Shown here in pieces: positions 23,093 to 36,405 of a DNA stretch of 64,000 nucleotides; the stretch's first letter is position 1, and every line of letters starts with the position of its first letter. The notes beneath the pieces are model-generated. The model was not told the DNA's origin and made no database searches. It saw nothing but the letters and a program-made list of their open reading frames with translations. The translations under genes and the position numbers were made by a program. Origin of the DNA: Peribolospora baueri. Lineage: Eukaryota. The DNA lies in contig JAMDHS010000015.1 in assembly GCA_029717555.1 (NCBI GenBank), positions 186,001 to 250,000 on the forward strand, read 5' to 3'.

Positions 23093-25262
23093 ATGCTCCG
23101 CGAAGCGCTCCTCGTCTCAAACTCTCCTTCCTCCTCGTCGTCGCCTTCCTCCCTCTCCTTACTCGACCTCAACTCGCTTTCGACCCTCATATCTTTCAAG
23201 CAGGCCGTTTCTGCTTCTTCGCATTCCACCGGCTTTGTCGGCGCGAAAGATGGTCTCGGAGGCCTTGTGTTCAGTGTGCAGAAGGATAAAGCGGTGCTAA
23301 ACGTTTGGAACTGGCAGAGGGTAAGTCAAAGGCAACGTGATGGAGTCCAAGAGTTACCCTCTCGGATAGTTGGAGACCCTCTGATTCGGTGTCACTCCGT
23401 CTCCAGGACCAGCTTCACCTCCGAATTATTCTCCCGCAAAAGCTCGCTTCTTTGTCCTGCTCTCCCAGCGGCAAATGGATAGCTGGAGGCTCGGAAGACG
23501 GTCGGATATACGTCTGGGAGACCTCTACGGGCACGTTACTCTCCTCTCACGACGCTCACTATCGTGCTGTGAATGTCCTCAAATGGACTGACGACGACGC
23601 GGCGCTCGTGTCGGGCAGTGAGGACTCGGGCGTTAGCGTTTGGGCGACGGGAAGGTGAGTTGACGAGCATGCATCTCCAGGATTTGGCCAGTCTGAACGT
23701 ATCGCATTACGCCTTAGCCAGATCTGGGTAGGGCTATGAAGTGTACTAACCGAATGGTACTGTCTCTTCTCTTCTCCGTTGACCGGTCTGATAGCTTGCT
23801 ATCCCCAGCGCAAAAAGGCTCTTTCACCCTGCCCGTTCCATATGCCTCCTTCTCCGACCACACCCTTCCGATCACTGACCTGGCCATCGGCCTGGGAAAG
23901 TTCCCCCGAGGGCGGATTTGGACTGCCAGCGCGGATGGTAGCGTCAAGGTGCGTTTCTGTCGAACCGGGCCGATTCCCCGCCCGATTTCCCGCTTCCGCT
24001 TACGACCTTACATCGATTGCCGCTGCGACACAGCTGTGGGATCTCGCGACCCGCTCGCTCCTTACAACCTTCATGTTCCCGTCGCCGATCGACCGGATAG
24101 CTCTCGATCCAACAGAACGACTGTTCTTCGCCGCCTCGTCTGCCTCTCCCATCCCTACCTCTTCTTCTGCCCGGCCTTCCTCGTCTCAAGGGCGGGTATA
24201 CAGAGTGGACATGTTCAGAAGACGGAAGGAGGGAGCTGTTCATTCCAGCATGGTGGACACTTTAACCGGTTTGAGAAGTGGCGATAGTTTTGAAGCTGTC
24301 GGCGGTGGGGGCCCTGGAGAGGTGCAGAGATGGGAAGCAGACGAGAGCCGGAGGTTGATCGAGGTTCCGTAAGTGTTGCGGTCTGAACGCCATTCTGCCT
24401 GTCGTGATGTGAGCTCACCTGCCTCTTGCGGATCGCCGCCTCACACGGTTCGTTTGTCGACAGGGACGCTGTCCAATCCATGGCACTCTCCCTCTCTGCC
24501 TCTCACCTCATCATCGGCACCACCACCGAAGTCCTCCACATCTTTGATGTGCCCTCCTCCCAGCTCCTCCGTACTTACGCGCTCACCGCCTCAGCCCAAG
24601 CGGCAATGTCTGCGCCCGCCGCACAAGCGCCACGGCCCGGCGCAACCTCAAATCTAGGTGTCACATCCCTTGCGACGATGCTCAGGCCGCCGGATTTGAT
24701 GGGCCACCTCGAGCTAGGCGTCGCCGGACGAGGAGGCGGAGGAGGAGGCAGGGGCCTGGAGACCATGCCTGTCCGTCCGATCGCGCCTTTTGCGCGGACG
24801 GTGGGCAGACTGGAAGAAGTGGTCGTGAGAGTCGGGGACGGAGAGGATGTGAGTGCTTTAGCAGACGTATCTGAAGGTTCGGGGGGAGGGCCGGCGACAG
24901 GAGGTGGATGCCAGATCGGGATGATGACTCCTATGGCGCACGCATTCCTTTTCCCCCGTTCGTTTGACCAGGTCACGGCCATTCTCAACCCACTCTCCCC
25001 GTTTTCTTATCCGGCCCCCGTTTCGGAGTCATCCCCTCCCTCCGCACTCCTCGCAATACGACCCACGCTCTCGTCTGCAACCACCGCGACGACAGCCAAC
25101 GATGAGTCTCGCACTTCTCAACACCTGCAGCTGTCCGACCTTCAGTCCGAAGTGGCTCGCTTGAGGGAGCAGTTGAGTCAAGCGACGGCGGTGAACGACG
25201 AGATGTGGAAGGCGATCGTCGAAGGGAGCCTGCCCGGAATTCGACTGTCGAAGGACAGTTAG
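23093..25262 (+). CDS. IPI3: WD40 pre-60S factor Ipi3/WDR18 (Rix1 complex)
   Basis: WD repeats (GRIYVWETSTG...AHYRAV, SGSEDSGVSVW, FSDHTLPITDL, TASADGSVK|LWD) and a C-terminal coiled coil (LQSEVARLREQL...NDEMW). Confidence 0.88.
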
Positions 25263-25460
25263 CTGTACCCTTCGTCGTTTCAACGCGCTGAGAAGAAGAT
25301 GGGTTTCATCTCTATGAGGGACACCGGAAGTCTTAAGTATAGCAAAGGACAGGGGGAGCTCAAAGGAATACATTAGACAAGAAACAAAGTGTCCGCGTGT
25401 AGATGGTCTTGCGCATACCAACAGCGAAGGAAAGCCCGAACGAACGTCTGATGCGGTCGC

Positions 25461-26003
25461 TCATCCAAATATCAATTCGTAAACGATGACCAGTACATTG
25501 ACAATGATCAAGGGTACTGGAAAGGAAAAGAACAAGAAAAAAAATCAAAAACAAATTCAGAGTAAGCGAACACGCGCGGAGCTTGAGCGGCAAGGAGCGA
25601 AGTAGAATGCAACTGAAACTTTCCGTACGACTCACTCCGCATCAACGTCCTGATGGCGCTGATCAGGTTAACCAACCTGACCTTGACGCTCGCATTGTTT
25701 GGGTCGTACGGGTTCCCGACGCCGCCTCCGCCCGCCGGCCCTGCCCCGTATGGACCCGCATCGCCGAAAGAGTGTATCTGTTGCTGCTGGATGGCAGCAG
25801 GCGACCAGCCAACTGACGTGGGCGACGTGAAGACCAAACAAAGAGGGCGAGAAGGTATGTCACGGAGGACGGCGCGCAGACGAGGCGAGACGAAACGAGA
25901 CGGTGAGACGAAACGCACCTCGTGCCAAGAACCGCTCCTCGTTCAAGACGGCGACGGCGTTGATGAGCAAAAGCGCGACGCGGAAGATGTTGCCGATGGT
26001 CAT
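25461..26003 (-). CDS. YOS1: ER-Golgi transport protein Yos1/IER3IP1, 3 exons
   Basis: MTIGNIFRVALLLINAVAVLNEERFLAR|VGW...SVKVRLVNLISAIRTLMR|IPLIIVNVLVIVYELIFG*. Confidence 0.93.
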
Positions 26004-26519
26004 CGTCGTCAATGGCTTGTTGCTTGTTGCTCGTCGCTCGTCATTCGTCGTGCGTCGTTCGTCGTTGCTGTCTTCGTCGTCGCCCAGATCGAACCCTCTC
26101 AGCGCACCGTCCCCGACGATACGTGTCGAGTAGGGTTGCCGCAGCCGACCGCAACGAGCAGCCCTCCTGGATCCATATCCTGTACGCCAGAACGAAGGCC
26201 AGAACGACCGTTCCGCCGACGCAATCTGGTTGTCCTCGCTTCACAAGGGCTCCAAAGCATGCGGAGTGGTGTATGGTTCAAGTCTATCCTGAGCGTCTTC
26301 CGGCCGGTCAGACAAGCCGAGCCGAGCCAGACAGGCTGCCGAACGGCGTCTCATGTATCGTACAAAGAACCGGACCTCTTCGAGCGGCTGGCCAAAGTGA
26401 GCCATAATGTCGCCGGCCGCAGACCGGACCTCCAGACAAGGCTGGATGGTACAGCAAGACGATCAGAGATGACATGAGACAGGGGAGGTCAGTGGGCGCT
26501 ATCCTTGGCTCATGCCATA

Positions 26520-28240
26520 TTAGAACCTCGAGCGGCCCTGCCTCCTCTGCCTAGCCGCCTCGATCCTCTTCTTCTTATTATCCGCCTCCGGATCTGCCTG
26601 TGCATCGCCTTCCATCAGCTCTCCGATCGCCTCATCCCTCCTCTTCCTCGCCGCCGCTGCCACCTTGTTCTGCCGTACAGTGGCACGAGCGGTTCGCTCT
26701 CGCTGCTCAGAGAACGCCTCGTAGCTCCTCTTGACGCTCTCAATGAAGCCAGGCTCGGGTTCGGCGTTGGGATTCTGCGGTCGAGGCTTGATTTTGGGAA
26801 TGCCAAAATACGCGCGCACCGCCGGGCGGCTGGCGACGACGGCCTGGAGGAGGGAGAAAGTGTTGTTCGTCACCCAGTAGACAAGCACCGCCTGTAACGT
26901 TGAAAGGGGAAAAAATTGTGCGTGTGAGTCACCGCGCTTGACAGACCGCTGTGGTAGAACAAAGTGTCGATGATGATGAGAAATAGACGAAAGTGCGCAG
27001 CTCACCGCTGGGAAATTAAGTACGAAGGGGATGACGGCGACCGAAGCAATACGAGCAAAGTTCTTGATCTTTGCTGTTTGCGGTGTCTTAACCTGGGTTC
27101 CCATCTCAGCTCCGACCTGGGGGAGAAGAAGAAAAACCGAACCGATGTAGGAGACCGGTGAGAAGTCGCGTGAAACGCCAAGCTGGATGATAGGCAGTTC
27201 GAAACGCAGCTCACCTCGAGAACGAGCAAAGTCATACCGGCGCTGACGATGGGCAGCACATAGTACGGGTCCATCGCTGTCAAATCCGTGAACCACGCCA
27301 CACCGCCATCCTTCATCTGGGGCACAGGGTGGGTAGCCATGCCCCTCAAAGCGAAGAAGAAGCTGATGAAGAGCGGCATCTGAACGGCAGGGAGCAGGAG
27401 AGCCTTGAAAGGGCTGGCGTTATTATCCTTGAACAGTTGCTGGACCGCCAACGTGTTCCTCTGTGTCCCAGCCGTATCACCCCTGTCCTTGGCCTGCTTG
27501 ATCCGAGCCATCGCCGCCTGCATTTGCGGCTGGATGTTGGCCAGACGAGCGTTGTTGCCCTGCACTTTGACGTAGAGGGGGAACAGCCCACACCGCACAA
27601 CGAGCGTAACGGTGGCGATGGTCGCCCACCAGGGAAGGCCGGTGCTAACGTGAACGAGCTCGAGGAAAGACTGGATAAGGCCCGAGGGAGACCATCCGCC
27701 GAGGCCCATGGTCTTAAGGTCGCCCAATTTCATGGCTTCTTGGGCGAGATCAGACGAGGAAATGGGAGTCGGTGTGGTCAGAGCAGAGGTGTCGGCGACG
27801 GAAAGGACATTGGCGTCCAGCTGAGAATCTAGAGTGGTGGATGTAGGCGTCACCGGAGCCGCCTCTTCAGGTGTCGTCGGCGGCGGCGGCGCCGGTGCCA
27901 GTGTCTCCGGGACGCTCTGCGATCCTGGGGCCGGTGAAGTGGGCTTGGGATTGCCCGAACCCCAAGAAAACCCCCACAGCGAGCGGGACGCCATGAAAAC
28001 TGCTCCTTGCCGGGCATGCGTCGCGGCCGGCGAAGACGCGGTGAGGAAGACAGGCGAGGCCGTTCGTATTCGTGAGATGCGACTAGCAAAGGAGACAGAG
28101 ACCGTCTCAGCGTCGATCAATGCGGTCACTACTCCGTTCACCTATTTGAGCTCCGAGAGCACTTACGATGGCTGCACGCTCCGAGCAAGCATTACCCCGG
28201 CACCCCGGGAGCTGGCCAAGCCCCTAGAAAGGACGAGCAT
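26520..28240 (-). CDS. OXA1: Mitochondrial inner-membrane insertase Oxa1
   Basis: Presequence; TGLPWWATIATVT, VQMPLFISFFFALRGM, WFTDLTAMDPYYVLP, AVLVYWVTNNTFS; basic C-terminal tail. Confidence 0.93.
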
Positions 28241-28475
28241 GTTGTCAAGGAAGATAGAGTCGGCGGAGTGACCGTGATCGTGGTGGACGGAGACGGAAAA
28301 CGTCGGTTGCGAGCATTTCTTCGCGGCCGATTGCCGCAGTCTTTACAGGCAGTCCACCCTGACAATGGCGAGGACTCCGAATTTCGCTCAGACGATCTCA
28401 GGCCTCGATTCGATAGTCTGTCTACAAGTACACTCGAATAGTCTTGCAATCAAAAAGGATATCTATCTTAGGTGT

Positions 28476-30173
28476 TCAGCCCCCTGACGCCAGCGGTACC
28501 CCCGGATTCCGCATCCCCAGTCCTTCTACGGCGGCCCTCAACTCCCTTTCAAATGCGAGAGACATCTCGTAGCCTCCTGGCCAGATCTTCTCGTCCCTTT
28601 GCATCCCTTCGTGCCATGCGTCCTGATAATCGGACAGAGAAGGACGTAGTTCATAAATCTCTGAATAGTCGTCCCACTGCGCCAAAGGCCCTTCGAAGTC
28701 GAGAAGAGAGGCGGGCGTCCAAGAGTCGGCCGGCTCCGCTGTGTCCGATGCCTTGGCCGGTCCGCCGCTGAATAGATGCAGAGGAATGTCAGACGATGAC
28801 TCCAACCGCTCGCGGTTGCGCTGAGCTGCGGACGAACGCTTGAAGGCAACCGCGCGAGCTTGAGCCACAACACGCGATGCCGGTGCGTCTGATCGTTCCT
28901 GACAAGGCGCGATTCAAGTGTCAAGGAGTCGTCAGGGGAACTCCAGGTCACAATAACTCTTATCACAGGTATTCGTAACAGAGGACGAGGAAACGCCAAC
29001 TCACCAATGCCTGGACCAACTCCCTCTTCTCTCTTTCGTGTTCTTCCCTTTCCCTCTCCTCTGCCAACCGCGCCAGTTCAGCCCTTCCTTTGCGTTCGAG
29101 CCGTAACCGTTCCTCCTCTTCCTTGGCCAGCTTCGCCTCCTGCTCGGCGAGCCGGAGGTTTGCAATGATCGACTCTCTGTTCGCCTGCTCAAAGGCTCGG
29201 ATTTTAGCATTGGTAGCTTCTACGTCGACTTCATTAATGAGGTTAAAAGCTGGCGTACCATTGCGAGAGAGAGTATAGATAGGAATTAGGCGCTCGGACA
29301 AACTCGGCTGCTATCTCTTCTAATCACCACGGACACTTACTAATCTCTTCCACTTCTTCCAAGTAATCGTTGTACTCCTTTAACGTTTCGAAGTCTTCTT
29401 CCCGTTTGTTGAAGCTGCCAGCACAAATCAAAGATCCCGTCAGGTAGTCTCGTCAGCCGACGACGTGACGAGCTGGCAACCTCGCATATATACCGACACT
29501 CACAACCTGCCTATCCGTCTTCGGATCGCCACTTCCTTTTCCACGGCCAGATCCTCGAAGGTCGGAGCGCTGAATTCAGCTTTTCGGAGCGTTTGACCAC
29601 ATACGGGGCAGGGAGATGGACCGAGGGTAAAAAGCCGGTCTATGCAAGATTCGCACCTTTCGAAAGTTAACAAGCAGAACAACAGACGTGAGAGAGCGGT
29701 AGCGGCGTGAGACGGTACACGGGTCGGCGCACGTTCCTAAACACGCCAGGACGGAGACTCCGAGAAAAGAAAGCAGCTCACATTTTGTGATAGCATGGGC
29801 CTACCAGCAAACGTAGTCTCGGGTTGAGAAAGCGGTCGCTCTTGCACACCGGACACTGGTCGTCCATCGACTGTTCGTCCGTTCGCCCGAAGGGTGCAGA
29901 ACGCCAGTTCAGCGCAGTCCTCTACCATGCCGCCATAGGACACGCCGCGGATCAGAGCGAAGAGTGAACAGGCGTGGAGCCTCTACATTCTCTCAATGTC
30001 AATCTCAACCTTCCATCACTTACTGAAAACTCGACCATTCTACCCGATGCGTCCTTGCTGGCGACGTGCGAGATGCCCGCGCCACCGGGCCCGCCAGCCG
30101 CCCCACGTTCTCGGCCTTGTGAGCCAACGCGGGAAGAGGCCCGCGAAGAGGCAACGGAAGGGCGTTTGGACAT
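28476..30173 (-). CDS. TFB3: TFIIH/CAK assembly factor Tfb3/MAT1 (RING)
   Basis: DQCPVCKSDRFLNPRLRLLVGPCYHKM|CESCIDRLF...CPVC...FEDLAVEKEVAIRRR, FNKREEDFETLKEYNDYLEEVE. Confidence 0.94.
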
Positions 30174-30397
30174 CTCTACACTTCCCCTTCCTTTTGGCTT
30201 GGTGATTGGTGGTCCCGATGAGGGTTAAGCGCTGAAGCTTTTTCCCGTCGAGCCGTCCTAGAACTCGACAAGCAACTGGGGGCCGTGATCGGGGTTATCG
30301 ACGCACTCGGCCGGCTATCTCCGCGGCCGACTCTCCTGGTGAGCCGTCGAACATGGGCTCATGCGTTCACCACCAGCCGAGGGACGACGAGACGACC

Positions 30398-31326
30398 ATG
30401 ACTTCAACAATACCGGAAGCAGGCCTCTCCTCCCCAATAACCTCTCCTGGTGTGGGAGGAGGCTCGGCGTCGATGATGCTCCAAGCGGCGCAGCCCTCGG
30501 CAACGCAGGCGCTCGAGACTTATAAGAAGAGGGACGTGTCCAAAGGTGCGTCATGGCCCGGCGCGGGGAAGGTGTGTGTCGCTGGTGCGAGCTGGAACAC
30601 GCTGGGACTGTATGATTCAGGGCTCGTGTACCTTTGAGGTTTCACTCTTGGCTAATGCTTTTGTATTGGCTTTTCCTTTGGATCTTGTCTGACCATGCAC
30701 ACAACTTTACGGTCTTCGCAACCCTGTCGTCCTCCTCGTTTCCTGGCTCCCGTCTCGTTTCACCCCCCTCCACCGGCCACTGACTCTTCACAATCACCAG
30801 TGGTTGTGCGCTTCAAAGCCATCGGGAACGCCCCCATCATGAAGAACAACTACTTCCGCATTACAGCCTTCAACCGGTTTCAGGCGGTTATCCAGTTCCT
30901 GAGGAGGGAGCTGAAGTGGCAGGAGAGCGATGCGCTGGTAAGCCCGTCCGTCTCGATGAGGTCCGGTCCGGTGATCTGGACAAGCTTGGCTCACTCCATA
31001 TCCGACCCGTTCGCTGGCCCAATCACTTTCCGTACACCCCCGTCGTCGCTCGCATCTTCCCAGTTCCTCTACGTCAACTCTTCTTTCTCCCCAGCGCCAG
31101 ACGACACCGTCGGAAACCTGTACCGATGTTTCGGCACGGAAGGGCACTTGATAGTGAACTACAGGTGCGTTTCAGTCCGTGGTGGAGGAGAGGAGAAGCC
31201 TTTCCACCGTGTGTGGGGGCGACTGGAGCGAACTGGATCTGTCGTCGTTTTTTTCCCCATTTCGCTCAGCCCTTCTCGTCCGTTCGTTCTCCTCTTTTCT
31301 CCAGCTCGACAGCAGCGTGGGGCTGA
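30398..31326 (+). CDS. ATG12: Ubiquitin-like autophagy protein Atg12, 4 exons
   Basis: [16 protein letters not shown]...[24 protein letters not shown]...LIVNYS|STAAWG*, with terminal Gly. Confidence 0.96.
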
Positions 31327-31579
31327 AGCGCCGTCTCAGCCCATCTTCCGTCGCGTCGCTAAAGCCAAGGTTCTATCTATCTATCTACGTCGTACGTCCG
31401 TCATGGTTCTGATTCGTAATCTATACCCTCGCATTCCCCCTTCTCGACCCGGCCTGGCCTACCCCGCGTCCGGAGCCTATGAGAGCGTTTCGTCGGGATA
31501 CCTCGTCAGAGCAGAACAGAGCAGAGCAGAGCGGAGCGGAGCCCTCTCAAACCAAGGGTGACAGACGGTCGATGGGCTG

Positions 31580-31612
31580 AAGAAGAAGGAAGGAAGGAAG
31601 GAAGGAAGGAAG
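31580..31612. repeat. (GAAG)n purine microsatellite
   Basis: Direct run between the ATG12 and rhomboid 3' ends. Confidence 0.75.
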
Positions 31613-32128
31613 GGATTCCCGTTTGGGTCATCATATTGATTATAGAAGACGATGAAATGCTCAAGAGGGGCGACTGTCCATGGGATGCGCCAAAAGGGCT
31701 CAGAAATGGAAAGGAAAGATGGATGGGGTTTGGTTAGAAAGAAAGAAAGGAGAACGTGGGGAGGTGGCCGAGACGAGACGAATGAAGAGAGGAGGGTATG
31801 GCGCGCATCATCGATGGAAATGCGTATGGCCAGCTGCGCTCTGGAGGAAAGTGAAGGAGTGGGATGAATGAGAAGAGTGTGGAAATAGAAGGCGATCATG
31901 GCGGGTGAAGAATGTCCATGGGTACAATGATGAATAAGATCGGCTGGGGAAAATTCAGAGGGCCGTGTCCAGAAAACCAAATCCGTTCCGTCGTCCGGCG
32001 CGGAACTGGGATATGAGGTTAGGTCAGGGGTGGTCGAAAGAAATTCTTGCAGAGGAAGAGGAAGAATTTTATGAGGCAGTCGTGCGAGGGGTCGAGCGAT
32101 CAGTTTTGCTGCTGAGTCGTCGTCGTCG

Positions 32129-35025
32129 TCAGGTCAGACCTGGAACGGGCAGAGACGACGGAGAGCGAAATCGCGTGAGAGGCGCGCCGGCGGACATGGC
32201 TATATCCATTTCGACTCACCATTGCCCTGGCACTGGCTGAAGACGGGCAAGCAGCTGAGGTATCTGCACCATCGACACGCGTCGGCCGGATTGGCCGTGT
32301 CGTAAAAGTTTTTGGCGAGCGAGACAAAGAAGGCAATGGTGAGTGCGAGGGCGACGAGGCGGATGACCGAGATGGTGATGTGGTGGTTGCGCGACGGGTG
32401 GATAGAGGGGCAAAGGACGGCGCCGAGGAGGAGGCCGACTGCGAAACCGCCAATATGGGAGAAGCTGGCGAGTGACAAGGTAGCCATGAGATGGACGAAG
32501 CGGCGAGTGACAAGGTAGCGGTGAGATGCGAAGCGCTGACGACACGAACATACGGCGTGCCCTGGACTTACTTATCTAGTCCTGGCAAGAGACCGAGGGC
32601 GAGGCCGAGAAGGCTGATTACAATGGACCAGAAGAGCTGCAAAGCAAAGCGATCCAAATGTCAAATGCCACGTAGCCCGAGGCCGAAGGCGATGGAGGAG
32701 ACGAAAAGGCCAGATAAAGAAAAGAGGAACCTGCCGCACAAACGCAGGACCTAGCAAAAAGCGGACGGGACGGGACGATGAACGAGTGGTGCGGCTCATG
32801 GCTCACCTTTGTCGGCGCGCGCGGCTCCCACTTCCAGTTGTAGCACAGATCGACAAGTTCGACGCTGATGCTACTGTACATGGCGCCACTGGCGCCGACG
32901 GCGGGTTGGGCGACGAGAGAAAAGTTTCCGCCGAGGAGGAAGCCGCCGATTCCGGCTGCAAAGTAAATGATCAGGAAGGAGGGAGAGCCGATGAGGCGCT
33001 CTACGGCCGAGCAGAGGAGTAACTGAACGACCAAGTTGATTAAGATGTCTGTCGATGGAGTGAGCGGGTATGGCGAAGAACGAGGACGGAATGAGCGGGT
33101 AAGGAAAGGGAGGAGAAAGAGACGAGCGGAGCGACGCTTACGGATAAAACCGGCGTGTAGGAACTGGTGACCGCGAGAAAGGGATTAGAGAAGGTTAGGG
33201 AGATGAAAACGAAACGAAAGCGCCACCACGTCAGCCGAGGAGGACGGTCGCAACCAAGGAGGACGGTGGTCGGTACAAACGAGACAACCTCTCGAAAGCC
33301 TTACTCACGATCGGTACGACAAACCGCCAACCCTGATCAGGTACGCCGTTCTTGAACCCTCCGTTTCCGCAAATTTCCTCGAGACTGCAGAGCACGGGTG
33401 AAGTGGTCGAGGTTTGGTTGAGGCAGGGAAAATTGGTGGAGGGTGGCACGGATGGGGTGTAGCGCATGCACGGGGTGAAGCGGGCGCCGAGGTTGATGAG
33501 CATCTCCGAGGTAGGGCCGACCATTGGGTTGAACACAGGCTGGACGAGGAGGAGAAAGGAGAAAGGGTGAGATCCTTCTGAACGAAATACGAGGAGAGAT
33601 GAGGACTCCCGGGCTCACCTTTGTAGCGATGACCTGTCCGCTCTCAGCATTGCTCTTGACGAGCTCAATGATAAAGGCGATGACGAGCGCGACGCTGCGA
33701 GCGAGATGGCGATGTACGATGGTGGAAAACAAGGGTCAGATCTGGAGCGATGCCACTAACAGAGCACACGGCAACGCTGGAACGAGCAGAGCGAAAGCAG
33801 CTGGCTCCTAAGCGGAAACTCACCTGACGACCCAGGAAACGATTGGCCACCTCTGCCTGCCGATCCCCCTCCTCCTCCTCTCAATCTGCTGCTCCATGCT
33901 CCCGTCCCTTACCCCCATCCACCTCCCCGCACCCGCAGCTGCCGCGCCGCCGCCAAGACCGAATTTGCCCAAGAGGCCACTCGAAGCAAGCCCGCCTTCC
34001 TCGTCGGCGTACCGCTCAGCATCCCGCTTGGCGTACTCGGACGTCAGCGGGAAAGGATCGGCACCGGTTCCGCCTGCAGGGTGGCCATGGGAATCGAAGG
34101 AATCCCTGGGCCCATCGGCGTAAGAGAGCTCCTCGTACGGAAGCCTCTGCTCGCTCGCACCGCTGCCGCCGGTGGCCATCTCTGCGGCGGCGCCGACGAG
34201 GGGAACGTGCCCTGTGCTGGTGGTGGGCCCTCGCTCATGCGACAAGTGACTTGCGTCCATCCCAGCGCCGCCGGGAAGGTCGTGCATGGCGAACTCTTCG
34301 GACGCGTACGGGCGCGGGGTGTCCTCGGTGCCGAAAGAAGAGAACTGAGCGTGGCCGCCGACGTGACCGTCAGCGCCTCCACCGGGCGTCGGGACGGCGA
34401 AGGGGTCGTAGTACGCTCCAGGCACACTCCTCATCGGAGATTTCGAAGGCAGGGCGGGAGGCAAAGCGCGCTCCTCGATCGGGGAGGGATCGTACTTGCT
34501 CGGGCTGGAGGCGCTGGGGTGAGAGTAGATGGTTTCCTCGTTGGTAGCGACAGGGCTGACGGCGTGCAAGTCCATGTTCCCGGGCTTTCCCCGGGACAGG
34601 GCCCCGGGGGCGGGCATGGGCGTGGGCGTGGACACGGACTTGGTGGGTAGCGAGGGCAGCATGGGCAGAGCGGCCTCGCCGGGGTACCTTCCGTCCTGCT
34701 GTCGGCGCCCGGAAGGGGAAGCGGGGCGAGAGCCGACGGCGGAGACGGAGTCGTGAGGCCATATGGTGCTCACCGTCGGGTTGCGGTTCAGGTCTGCGCC
34801 CAAGGTGGAGCCCAGGTTGCTGTCTGCTGGCTCTTCGAAGATGGGCGCGGCTCCAAAGGGCGAGGCGGACGAGGAGGAAGGGCTTCCGCCGGAGTGGAAG
34901 GTGTAAGAAGGCGGCTGGGTGGAAAAGGAGGCGGAGGGATCGGTGTGGTGGGAGGCCGACTGGCCGGGGGCGTAGAGGGCAGGGAAGTCTCCGGCAGACT
35001 CCTGTCGGCGAGGATAGCCCGCCAT
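32129..35025 (-). CDS. Rhomboid intramembrane serine protease with long disordered N-terminus
   Basis: NPMVGP, LGARFTPCM, QGWRFVVPI|FLHAGFI|H, catalytic VGASG, and DN|FSHIGG (catalytic His). Ends with WCRYLSCLP. Confidence 0.9.
32461..32535. repeat. ~33-36 bp tandem duplication covering an intron 3' end in the rhomboid gene
   Basis: gaagc(t)ggcgagtgacaaggtagc(ca/gg)tgagatg occurs at 32461 and 32497. Confidence 0.85.
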
Positions 35026-35718
35026 GGCGAGGGTGGTAGGAGGGCGGCGAGATGATGGAGAAGACGGTGACGATGGAGGCGGCGCGAGGGCAAGCGAAGG
35101 CAAGCGCAGACAAACGGAGTGACGGGGGTGTGAGAGCGGAGGAAAGCAGAGCGACCGGACGTCGTGGGTGTGGGTGTGAGTGTGGCCGTGGCTGTGGTGG
35201 TGGTCGTGATGGTGGTGGTGGTGGTAGTCGTCGCCGTCGTCGTCGTCCGAGTCGTCGAGAAGTTGAATTCCGTCTTGCAGCGCCTCACTAACTACGCTAC
35301 GCGTCCGCAGCGGGCTCAGATCAACGTGGCGTTACTACTGCCCGTCCCCAGCAGCCAGACCTGTCCTCTGCCTACCAACACAACCCTGTCTCGCTATGCT
35401 ATGCTGCGATACGTTACGCTACGTTATATCCCAGCGATAGCCGGTCGATGCCCACTGGACTGAAGCGCTCTCCACTGGACAGCCACCATCTGACGGTTGT
35501 GCGTCTCAGTAGACGCTGAATGGAGTCGCCTGCTGCGGTCGTCGAGGCGGTGTGCTGCGGCACGTCTGTCTGCACGTGATCACTGCGCTTTCGACTCGTC
35601 CGTGGGCGATGATGACGGACGGTGGATCGAAGGAGGACAGACGACGGTCGCTGGACGCTGACCTAGCCCCGTCGCATCGCAACACGACGTCCGCCCGCCC
35701 TTGTTCCCCCTTCTCACC

Positions 35719-36405
35719 ATGTCCGACACCGACAGCACACCGACCGCGGCGGCGGCCGCACCAGGAGCGGGAGCGGGACCCACGAAGGGCTCTCCCAACG
35801 ACTTCCTCAAAGGTGAGTGTCGCCGGTTTCGCCAGGCATGGCTTTCCCTCGGTGGATGAGACGCCCGCTCATCTCTTTTTTTGGTTTGTCTTCTTCCGCT
35901 TGCTTCACTCTCCTCGCATCCTTTCCCCTTCAAGGCGTCATCGGAAAGCAAGTGGTCGTGCGACTTAACTCGGGCGTGGATTACCGAGGTGCGTCGCTCG
36001 CTCGCAGTCTGCCCGCGTCACCCCCCTTCCTTCTCTTCATCTATCTCACCACCGCTTCCTTCGGGGCTGTATCGACGCGTTGACAGGCGTGCTGTCCTGT
36101 CTGGACGGGTACATGAACATTGCCCTGGAGCAGACGGAGGAATACGTCGACGGGGTGCGCAAGAACAGCTACGGTGACGCGTTCGTGAGGGGCAACAACG
36201 GTGCGTTCTGTGTCCGCGTCCGCGTCCAGAAGTGCGTTGTTGGTTTGCGACTGACCACCATCGCGTCCCGTCCTGTCCTGTCTTGTCTTGTCTTGTCTTG
36301 TCCTGTCTTGTCCTGTCTTGTGCTGTCCCCGTCCCGTCGCGTGAATGCGTGCTCGTTCGGCTGTGGATGATGCCACATGCAGTCCTGTACATCTCTGCGC
36401 TATGA
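35719..36405 (+). CDS. LSM6: U6 snRNA-associated Sm-like protein Lsm6, 4 exons
   Basis: SPNDFLK|GVIGKQVVVRLNSGVDYR|GVLSCLDGYMNIALEQTEEY...YGDAFVRGNN|VLYISAL*. Confidence 0.96.
36265..36325. repeat. (TC[C/T]TG)n pentanucleotide microsatellite in LSM6 intron 3
   Basis: Direct run of tcctg/tcttg units. Confidence 0.85.

Noticed and set aside
25653..26477. 274-aa + strand ORF over YOS1
   Set aside because: Antisense to YOS1 plus intergenic sequence, with no recognisable motifs.
3239..28240. Grouping of mitochondrial genes (COX23, MRPS16, MRP20, SFC1, OXA1) as a cluster
   Set aside because: They are interspersed with unrelated housekeeping genes, so the grouping is plausible by chance.
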